64,000 nucleotides of DNA from the human T2T-CHM13v2.0 reference genome, Homo sapiens, in assembly GCF_009914755.1 (NCBI RefSeq), contig NC_060938.1; one strand, given 5' to 3'. The notes beneath the pieces are model-generated. The model searched no databases. It was not told where the DNA came from and worked only from the letters and a program-made list of their open reading frames with translations. This document shows positions 1-12,240 of this stretch, piece after piece; within the stretch, counting starts at the first letter, position 1; each line of letters opens with the position of its first letter. The position numbers and the translations under genes are program-made.

Positions 1-1049
1 TTTTTGTTATTGTTTATTTGTTTGTGTGTGCGCACGCACATGAGTGCACATGGATGAAGGTGTGTTTGTATGTTTGTGTCCTTTATTTCAGAAAAGCCAT
101 CCTCTCTGTTCTCTAACACTGCTTTATAGTGGATAGCTATTTTATTAAAATGTTATTTCACCAAGGATAAGAAGAGGGGATGGGAAGTGTTAATAGTGTG
201 CCTATTTCAAAAACTAGGCAATTTAAGATTATTCAGTCAGAAAAATGTGAGTTTGTGTATCCTGATGATATATCAGTAGCATTCCTCACTGTCTATCTGT
301 GAGGTATCATATTTTATCTTTGTCTTTAAAGGAAGATAAATCCATTAATGGTTTAAACTATGGATTATGACTCAAATTCAGGTGAGAAGGTACAGAACGA
401 CATGACTTTTTGAAAATTACTGAAGGTGAAATAAAGATAAAAATGGCATCCATAACTGTAGCACCATGTACTGTAAACTGGATTGTATGTGCGAGTGCGC
501 GTGCGTGCAGTTATCTCCGAGTTCAACTTCTGGATGTATAGAACTTCAAGTTATAAATGTATGTTTATTGTTTTTAAGTGTATATACAATATGAGTATGT
601 ATATACACATATATATGTTTAAGAACAAAAGATACGTTTTATAATTAAATCAGTTTATATTAATATGGATGCAGTCTTGAATCAAAAAGTGTGTTTGGGA
701 AAGAAAGTCAAATTTCATAATATTTAAATATCTTTACTCCATGTTTCTACAAAATAGAAAATGTCAAAGTGAATCTCTAGGGGATTTATAAGGATGGTTA
801 TAGTATTTATTTTCTCTAATGCTTTGGGGAGAAAAGATGCTGTAATTAATCAAAATAAAATGTTGACTTCCTAGTCACGGGTTTGTTGAGCATGCATTCT
901 TACGTTATAGAAAGACCTTTGATGTTTGAAATGTTTGCCAAAGGCAGTGAGAAATGTATAATGCTATGATCTTATTTTTAAAAGGAAAAAGGAAAACCGA
1001 AAAGAGAACAAGTTGCTTTTTCAATTCATTTTCTGATGTTTACATGTAG

Positions 1050-1121
1050 CTCCATCGAAAGCTGGAGGAGCTCAGAGATCACCTAGAAGGCAATGTGAAA
1101 GGATACTCTCTCAGAGTAAAT
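1050..1121 (+). CDS. GPHN: Gephyrin alternative C4-cluster cassette, 72 nt, LHRKLEELRDHLEGNVKGYSLRVN (C4 letter not assigned with certainty)
   Basis: tgtag|CTCCATCGAAAG...AGAGTAAAT|gtacga; phase 0/0, 24 codons with no stop; peptide matches a recalled gephyrin C4 cassette. Confidence 0.88.
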
Positions 1122-3073
1122 GTACGATTTCACTTGGTGATTTTTTTTTCCCTAAACTTCTGCTGACTGGTAACTCCAAATCTGATTGGTTTGTCCTCTC
1201 ATCTCCATCTTTTTCCTTTCTGTCTCTTTTCCCCCTCTTTCTTTCTTTTCTAGCTGCGGCTTCATGCTCCCATTTATGAAATAAAGATTAAATTAGCAGG
1301 GTAGAGGACCCTAAAGCCACACTGACTAACATTGCTGTTGACTTAATAATATTTTGGCCCCAGTGCAAAATAAAATCTTTCTTTTCAAAAATCACTATTT
1401 CTTATACAATTGTATACTTTTTTGAGGATCTTGTCATGAGACTTCATTTGGAGATTTTTCTATTGGTCATGTCTTCTACCCCTTGTTAGTTATGTCAGCA
1501 GAATAATAAATTATGAGCTGGATGTGAGGGGTATATCCTTGATGGTACAATTTCAATTTTCAAGGAAAATAATCAGTGTTAGGGTATCATAGGTAATCTG
1601 GCAAGTAGACACATTTGTTCTGAGTTAATAGACTTAACTCAGACTCTTTTAGAATAAATGTATGTCATTTTGTTTAAAAATAAGAAAATTAGCAGTAAGT
1701 ACCTTCACCAGGAACACCTTCACGTAGCATCTTACAAATACTTGAGCTAAAGTCTAATATACCCAAGACAACCATTGAAGGAGGACAGTACCTCGTATCC
1801 ACTCAATCCTGTACATTCATCATATAGTCAGAATTCATGATAGTATTTTTTGTGACAGATAGTTCAGACTATCAAGATTTTCAAGAAAAATCTCTAAATT
1901 GGTTTTGGTATAAATGTAGCAGAAGAAAAACTAAATTACTACAGTAATTTATGGCTTTCATTTCTGGGGTTTCCAAGAAAGTTCCTGTGAATCCTGGTAT
2001 CCGATTTACTTCTCACAAGGTTATTACCATTCATTTAATTCACACAGCTGTAATAGTTTTGTTATAAAAACTAGAATTAAAGTTAGGGATATGATAATTA
2101 TCTTATTTCTCAGCTTGTTTTTAATTGTATACCACACATAGTCATGTGTATCTCTACGCTAAATTTCTGATTATTGAAATACAAAGTGATTTTTATTAAT
2201 AAGTTGTTAATTCTAATAACTAAACAGAAGGAATTAATACACGTGTCTCATATCTCTACTTCTTCCTTTGAGCTACTCTTTGTTTTCTGCACATATTCTT
2301 ATAGAATTTTGAAAACCATCCATAATCACTCCCCAAAACCTATTTTGTCATTTTTTTTAAAAAAAAGATTAGTATGGATTTTATGATTAAATCAGTCTGG
2401 ACATACCTAATTATTCTAGAAACCCATAAAAATATTTTAATATGTGTATTTTAGTCTTGTGCTCTTTCCTAATCAGTCATGAGAAGTAATTTTTCTTTTC
2501 AATGAAACTGAGACCAAAAAGTTGAGACTTGCTGATTTCTGTATGGTAATAAGTTAGTAAGAGACCAACATCAAATTTAAAATTTGATGCCTTAAAAATT
2601 AGGTTATCTCATGCCATTATTTAATTTCTTTTTTCAACACCTGTACTACTATATAATGATTAATCTCATTTTATTTCACTGAGAAACACTTTGTTCTGAT
2701 TACCTTGTTTCTAAAAATATTAAATATAAGGTGTATCTGTCTAAGGATCCTGTTAACTGTCCAATATAGAAAAAAAAAAAAAAAAAACCTATCCAAAGGC
2801 AAGTAGTATCTTCTCTAGAGAGTTCAGCTAAGGAAACATGCAAATCAATTGCTTAGCTGAATTTTCAGTTTCTCTCCTTACCCTTTAATTCCTACTACCC
2901 AAGTATACCTTAAAGTGCCTTGAATATTAAAAATTGATGCTAAAAAGAAAAAGTTATTCTCAGAACCATAGACTATATTAGACAGGTTTTGTTTCTAAAA
3001 TGAAGTAAATTGGCATTCGGTGATGATTTTGTTTCATGAAAATTTATTGTAGGTGTACACACACAAGAACAAG

Positions 3074-3439
3074 TGTATTAGTCCATTTCCACATTGCCAT
3101 AAAGATACTACCTGAGACTGGGTAATTTATAAAGAAAAAAGGTCCAATTGACTCACAGTTCCACATGGTTTGAGAGGCCTCAGGAAACTTACAATCATGG
3201 CGGAAGGTGAAGGGGAAACAAGGTACGTTGTATATGGCGGCAGGAGGGGAGAGAGCACAGGGAAAACTGCCACTTTTAAAACCATCAGATCTAGTGAGAA
3301 CTCCCTCACTATTTACAAGAACAGCATGGAGAAAACCACCTCCATGATCCTATCACCTTCCACCAGGTTCCTCCCTTGACATGTGGAGATTACAATTCGA
3401 GATGAGATTTGGGTGGAGACACAGAGCCAAACCATATCA
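3074..3439 (-). mobile_element. THE1/MST-type MaLR solo LTR
   Basis: tgtattagtcc...ccaaaccatatca termini, 366 bp; 5-bp TSD ACAAG at 3069-3073 and 3440-3444. Confidence 0.92.
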
Positions 3440-4592
3440 ACAAGTATATGAGGTGTCTTTTACTTCATTAAAATGCTGGTGAAGATTTCAATTAGATGAA
3501 AGAGTCAGAACCATGTTCCTTATACAATTGTATAATTTTCTGAGGATCTTCTCATGAGACTTCATTTGGAGATTTTTCTGTTGGTCGCGTCTTCTACCCT
3601 TAGTTATGTCAGCATGATTACAGATTATGAGCTGGATCTGAGGGTTACAGCCTTGATGATTCAATTTCAATTTTCAAGGAAAATAATTACTATTAGAGTA
3701 TCATCATAGGTAATCTGGCAACTAAGCACATTTGTTCTGAATTAACAGACTTAACTCAGACTCTTATGTACATAACCTACAGTTACTTTTACATAACAGC
3801 AGAGTTGAATAGATGAAACACAGATTATGTGGCCCATAAAGTCTAATATTTTATTTAATAGTTAAATTTTAAAAAATTCAATTAAATATTTTATTTTATG
3901 GAGAATTTAAGATATCATTCAGAAGTGCAGGATGAAGATTTAATTTGCTAATAGTTTAATTTGCTAATAAATAAAAATTAAAATATTTTAAAATTAAATA
4001 TTTAATATAGAAGGTTTGACATCATTCAGAAGTGTGAGATAAGGATTTAATTAAATCATTAATGCTTGAATTGGATGATGTAGACAATATGTTATTTTGT
4101 AGAAAGGGAAGAGCCCTGTACCACTATTGATTAAGGATAATGTAATCAACAATATAAAATAGAATATTCTAAGATACAATGTTTTGAATAATGTTTATTT
4201 CTCATATTAAAATGTATTATTTATTCAACATTGATTCATAAAATGGGATGTATTAGATTATTGATTTTTAACTTAAAAATGCATCATCTTTTTCTCTATA
4301 TCATTCAAAGCAGAAGTATTTTGAACTTTAAGTGCGTTTTTAGTAATTTTAGTAATAATAAAATCATCATCTTGTACCTAAGCAGAATTTTACTACCTTA
4401 ATGACTACAAAAATTACTACAAATCCTTAGATTGGTGATGTGCTGATAGTAACTGAAGAATAAAACCACATAGAGGAAAAATTAATTTTCCATTTAGTCA
4501 AATGGATGAATCTATTAAGAAGAATATTAAAAGTAATGCACAGGCTTGAAGGCCAGTGAAGACAATGTTGAGAATTGAAAAACACAGGATAA

Positions 4593-5016
<424 letters not shown>

Positions 5017-5820
5017 ACATAGAATAAGATAATCCAAAGTAATACTTTCTTTACAGAATATAAATCAAGGTAAATTTACAAAGAATTTGATTAGTTGACG
5101 AGCAGTGGGGCCAAAGAGAGCCTAAATATTAAGATATTCAGGAAAAAAGTAGATAAATGTTCATGAAATAAAGATAGTTAAAAGAAAAGAAAGGAAAGGA
5201 ATGAAAATACTCATATGCCACAATTTTGTATTTTCATCTGAATACTCAGTTTATGTATTATGATATTAAATTTCTATTCAGCTACAAATATGTGTAGATA
5301 GGTTTTGGCTGACCAAGTGTGATTTTTTTAAGGGCTATGATAAACAAAAAGGAATATGGTTCATGAAGACAGATTACTGGCATATAAGTGAAACTAAGAT
5401 GGAAAGTGATGAAATGGAAGGAATATGACAATTATCTATAAGTACTTAACTATACTAACACAAATTAAAGGATGGTATTTAAAGTGAAAAAAGTCAAGGG
5501 AGGAGTTGTCACCCAAAATAAGACTACCTTTTTAATAAGTGTTAAGAAAAATACTTGAATCAAGTTAGAAAGTAATGATCTTTTGAACCATGATTTTTAA
5601 ATGTTTAACAATTAATTTCCTGAATGCCAATATGGGATAGTATGAAATAGTGCTAATATAAATAATGAATTGGGTAACTGTGATTTTATAGATCTTTAAA
5701 GATGAGTATTTTCATTGCAGCCTTAGCTCTGAACTACTTTCTTATATTTTTGATAAATAGATACCTATTGTCTTTAGGGGGGTTTTGTACTTTTATTTTT
5801 ATTGAGTTAATGCGATAACT

Positions 5821-6119
5821 CAGAGATCAGCAAATCCTGTTTTTTTATAGGCCCACAAGCTAAGAATGAGTTTTGCATTTATAAATTGTGGAGAAACATA
5901 AAAAGAAGAACATTTTATGGCATGTGAAAATTATATGAGATTCAAATTTCAGTGTTTAAAAATAATGTTTTATTAAATTATAACCATGCTCATTCATTTG
6001 CACATAACCTGCAGTTACTTACACAACAGCAGAGTTGAATAGTTGAAACACAGATTATATGTCTCATACAGTCTAAAATATTTACTCTCTATTTAAACAG
6101 AAATGTTTGCTGAGTCCTG
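5821..6119 (+). mobile_element. MER58B-like hAT-Charlie DNA element
   Basis: cagagatcagcaaa...tttgctgagtcctg terminal inverted repeats; internal gtgaaaattatatgagattcaaatttcagtg and cagagttgaatagttg motifs. Confidence 0.85.
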
Positions 6120-7157
6120 CTGTAACTGGTTAGTGTGTCAAAATAACGTTGACGTAGGAATGGTTATAATGGAGTTTGTGAAATTTCTTCATTTTAAAGC
6201 TTGAGAAAAGAAGCCTGCTCATTTTTCTGAGGATGGTTTCAGATTATTCTACAAGGAAGCATATGTTTGGAAAGGTTGATCTCCTCAAATTGTCTACCTT
6301 TACATTTTTATTTTCTTCTTTTTTATTGTCTTCTCTAGCTATTCTCTCTCTCTCTTCACATAGATTTCCCCCTCTACACACACACATACACACAAAGTCT
6401 TCAAATATGGAACTCTAATGTGGATAGAATATAGATTATAAATTTCTCTTTTATTGGAGGCTCATTTCTGGGTTTTCAGAGTACAAAGATAAATCTCATT
6501 ATTGCTGTCTTAAATGTTATATAAAATATGTTATTAGAGTATTTTCATTTAACACATTGCATTTTTCTATTTATTACTTCATTACGTCTTAACAAAGATA
6601 TTTCCCCTGAAGACCATGATGAACTTTTGATCTTTGCTAAATGCCCTGTTTGGCCTCACCTAAAATCATATACCTTCTATGGGAAATTTTATACAACTGG
6701 AAAAGATACACTGACATGATCAAGTAATATATCATACCTTAAAAATCTAAATGGTATTTGAATCGAATCAGCTAACTTTGAGTGGGGAAGAACAGATGAA
6801 ACATTAGTCCCTAGATAAGTAAATATTTAATAGTCCTTAGGTGAGCAAACAGTTTGTAAACTCTACTTACTTTAAGCAAATTTGAGTGTCTCTTGATTCT
6901 TTTATGTAGAACATTGTTTGAGCCTTCCTTGTTTGGCATTTTGGCATTTACTTATATTAATAATATTCATTTATTTACTATTTCATTTATAATAATTATG
7001 TAACATCTGAGTATCTTGGTAGATGATGTCTTATAAATATGACCAGACTACAATAATGATGAAGATAACAGTAAGTCAATTTTAGGATTATGTCTTTGGA
7101 CTAATTTTGAGTAATTTTGCTACTTTTCACTTTATTATTATTCTCTTAATGTAGTTA

Positions 7158-7504
<347 letters not shown>

Positions 7505-9290
7505 TCTATCTTATCCTGTGCTTTAAACAAAAAAAAAATCTCATGATATTAATAAAATCACCTGCAGTGGCCTAAGACATTATTTAGAATGGAAGTGACC
7601 CATTTCTGAGATGTTTAATGTGCACCATAGAATTGCCCTCCTCGGAACTGACTTTAATTCAAAGATAAAGTACTAATAAAATATCTCAAGTAAATTTTCC
7701 TAGCAATAGAAAATAGAGAACTGAGTAAATTTTAACAATGACAACACTCTCAAACTGTTTTGAAAGATAAAGTATTTCAGTTTTATGGGCATAGATATAG
7801 ACACAGAACAAACATACACAGCAAGATTTTCTTAGAACTAGCATTTTGCTAAAGAAATTCAGATATGTGTATGGCTGAAAAATGTGTAATTTCTGAACAT
7901 GTATAGAATTTACCATATTTTCAAAAGTACCTCTAAGCAATAAGTGGCTATGATACTTTTTAGCACAAATCTTTGTGATAGTTTTAAAAATTCTGAGCAT
8001 TATTTCATCAGTTCAGTTTTTTAAGATAGAAGAAAAAGGGTTTGTATATTCATTTATTAAATAAACATATATTGAGCACCTACTACATTCTGCTATGCTT
8101 GGCACTGGAAATACAGTTAAAGAACAAATCTTAGATAATAAGTGCATTTGTGATTCTTCTACTGTCACCTTCTCCAGTACCTTCATTTCCCCACCGTACC
8201 TTTGTGTTTTGATACTTCCTGCAGTATTTGTAAATAGAGAATACATACTTAACAACTTCATCTTACATGGCATTGTGAGACAACCTAACGAGAAAAGAGT
8301 ACACAGAATTGAACATGGCAGTGTGACAACGTAGAAAATAAGAACAGGGAAGAACATTATCAGTTCAGCATCATAAAGGTTAAACATTGTTGTAAGTATA
8401 AAATAGCTATTTTTAAAAATCAGTGATAAAATAGCTGTTCCAAAAATTCTGTGAATCATTCTGATAAAGGTTAAGTCTGTTGAAGAGTTGTGTGTTTAAG
8501 TTTTTATATTTTTATAGTGTTGCTATTGCCATTATATTGTAGAAAGTGCCTCAAAGCAATAAGTGGCAATGATACTTTTTCGCACAACTCTTTCTGATCG
8601 TAAGCTTTAAAATTCCTGAATGTTATTTCATAAGTTCAGTTTTCTAAGAATAGAAGAAAAGGGATTTGTATTTTCATTCATTAAATAAGCATTTATTGAG
8701 CACCTACTACATTCTGCTGTGCTTGGCACTGGAAATACAGTTAAAGAACAAATCTGATAATAAGTGCATTTCTGATTCTTCTACTGTCATCTTTCTTCAG
8801 TGGAGAAAGAGAGGTTCAGTAATACCAAAAATGGAATAGTTGAAACAGGAAAAAAGAATCAGAATACTGGCTTTGGTGCCCTCTTTAATGAATACTGTGA
8901 ACGTGTATGGTAGAGTTATTCTATAAACAACCTCCCATGTAGTTCACTAGTGTTAAGCCAGTGAAGATCAGTGCAGTACCGTAAGAAAAATTGTCCAGCG
9001 TTCTGCTTTCTTTCTTAAATGAGGATCTTCTCAGCAAGATCATACCAGATTCTGAACAGAGGGAGTCATCTCCATCATGGATTTTTTTTTAGCAAGGTAT
9101 TTTTTGTCACAAAGTTTTCCTTCAAATAACTTGAGTCTTGACATGTTTTCAAACTCAAGTGTCTGCTTATAAAGCTGTTTTATTATCTGGCCAAGTGTGT
9201 TGGTGATGGAGCCATCTAAACCCTCTGTGACCCTTACTATGCTATCCTTTCCTCTTTAACAGTGTTTTCTTTTCCCCACTGCAAAACCAG

Positions 9291-9332
9291 GCTCGGCTTC
9301 CCTCGTGCTCATCTACCTATAGTGTATCTGAG
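9291..9332 (+). CDS. GPHN: Gephyrin alternative cassette C4c, 42 nt, ARLPSCSSTYSVSE
   Basis: ttttccccactgcaaaaccag|GCTCGGCTTCCC...TCTGAG|gtatat; phase 0/0; matches the known 14-aa C4 cassette. Confidence 0.95.
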
Positions 9333-10073
9333 GTATATTTTGCACGTGTTTTCTTACATGGTCAATAACATGCTCGCCCTCACCATTTTTCTCATTTTAT
9401 TTTCCTTTCGCCTTAATTTATTTTGCCTTGCACTTTGCACTTGCCTGAAAGGGATGAGGATACCAAAGGGGGAAAATTCACCTGTTTTAGGGGGAAATTT
9501 CTCTATTTTTATGAATGATGCACTGTTGTCTGAATAACTTTTTTTTGGCAGTCACTACATCACATTGAAATAACTAAAACCCAGATAGCCAACTTGATTG
9601 CTGTGACTACCTTTATTCCATAATGACTCTTTTGAATTAGGTAATTTATTATTAAACTCAAATTGGCTAAAGGCAAGATTCCAGTTTGTATATCTATATA
9701 TGTCTGTGTCTGATAGCTGAAGATTTGTATTCAATTAGTGATTGTTGTGTCTCATTAACCACAGACATAGGAAAACATCCAAAATTGATTATTAAATAGA
9801 AAATAAATATACATCTATTTTATATAAAATAAAAGATGTATCCCTTTTTTAAAATCTCATTAGATGACTTTAATAATTTTTTGCTACTTATATTTTCCTA
9901 AGATTCTTGTAATCTAGAAGAGATTAACAGTAAAGAGATTCATGTTCTTTTAGTAAAATATTTTACATGAAATTTGGCCTATTTTCCTTGTCTTTTAGGA
10001 GGTTTAATTTTTTATCCTTACTGTGTTAAACTATAGAATAAATGAGTTTTCTTGTTTTCAAAAAGCAGATTTA

Positions 10074-10506
<433 letters not shown>

Positions 10507-12069
10507 TCAGTAGCCTATGAATTTTAAGACCTTCATTCTTTTTTTACAACATAATTTCTACATGTATTTACTTTGTATAGGCCACTGTAGCTACCATATT
10601 AAAGCCAGTATTATCAGCTTAATTCTGATTGCAGAAATATTATCTCAGAATGTCATCCCAAAGAAAACCCTTGAAAGATAGTACTGTTTAAAATACGAGG
10701 TAGTATATGCAGAACCAGAGGCAGAATACCATCTGCAGATCTCAAATTTTAAGAAAAAACCAAAAGAAATAGCATGACAAACCCATAGCCTCACAAAGTT
10801 GAATTTATTGAGTCAATAGAATTGCAGCTATCTTCTTCAATTTTTAACTTTGCAAGTTATAACTGTGAGATTTTTTTCTCTTAAAACTGATTTCCTGGGG
10901 AGTTAACTTCTTGAAACATACCACTAGGGAGAAGCAAAGAAAAGAAAGCCAAATGAGCTATTTTTAGTATCAACAAAGACATTTGAAAGAGAAGGTTGGT
11001 ATCATCTCATCACCACATTTTCTATAGGTCTTTTCTTAATTCCCAAAGATTATGAGTGCTAGTGTAAAAAATATATAACCCATTTCTTTTTGCCACTTCA
11101 TCCAGGCAATTCTCCATTTCCCATGAGAGTGTGTAAGAAGTCTACCATTGGCATCATCTCCAATCACAGCCTACAGCATCCATCAGGGTATTACTTTCTC
11201 TATGACAGCATGTGTGCAGGAGGGCTCTCACGTTGGAATGTGGAACTGGCTTCTTGGGGGCATTATGTATGCTGTGGCATTTGCACCATGGCACTCAGCT
11301 CTTAACTCTGGCTTCATCTAGATTTGTTTCTTTCATTGTGACACATGGGCTTTCTTTATTTGTCATGAAGTGTGTTTCTCTTTCTGTCACTCGTGGTAGG
11401 GTTTCTCTCTTTCACTCAATGCCACATCTCTGTGGTCTCCATAGGTGCTGTTTATGTTTAATTTATGATGCTATAAAGACCAATAAAATGAAGAACTCCT
11501 TAAGTAATATTCGTGATAATCCTCTGCCTAGAAATAATTGTTTCTTTTTAGTCTTAAATTGGTAAATATTTCACAGAATTTTAGACTGTAAACCTTAATA
11601 ATTAAAATTTCAAGGAATATTCTTCTTAGCTTTCAATTTTTCATTTGGAAACCTCTTGACAGGATCATTGGTACAAAGTACAGTATTTATTTTATAGCAT
11701 CACTATGGAGGTAGCCAAACCTTCCATGGCTCGATCTCTTCTTTCCCTTACATTTACATCATCATCTTCATTTACCTTCACTATTGTAGAAATTAAGTCT
11801 CCAATCCCTAATGTAGCACATTGGTTTACCAATTGCATATCACTATCTTCTGTGTCATTCATTAGATGAAAAAAATAAGCCTTGCTCAAAAATGAACCTA
11901 TCCATGAGTTGTATAGGAACAAGATTTATAACCTCAGCTGGCTGATACTATTTAGCAAAAACATTTCTCCACGTAGTTATGGTCCCTTTGTAAAAAAAAA
12001 AATATATATATATATATACACATATATATATATACACACAATTATTTTACTTGTGATAAGCTTTGTTTT

Positions 12070-12240
12070 TGATATCTCATTATCAATTAACCTTCATAAC
12101 AGCCTTGTTTGGGGTAAATATTAATGTCATCCTCATTTTAAAGATGAGGAAATTGAGACGCAGAGAGGTTAACTATCTTGCCGATCATAAAGCTAGCAAG
12201 TGAGTGGCAGAAAATTGTCTTTTCTTAAATACCATGCTTT
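12070..12240 (-). mobile_element. MIR fragment
   Basis: Core cattttaaagatgaggaaattgagacgcagagaggttaa. Confidence 0.8.

Noticed and set aside
23-510. Alternating purine-pyrimidine runs at 23-50 and 487-509
   Set aside because: Short decayed TG/CG microsatellites; too brief to argue for Z-DNA or a promoter.
11698-11710. Possible 13-nt microexon tag|CATCACTATGGAG|gtagcc
   Set aside because: Short AT-rich tract, weak donor and frameshifting; within chance expectation.
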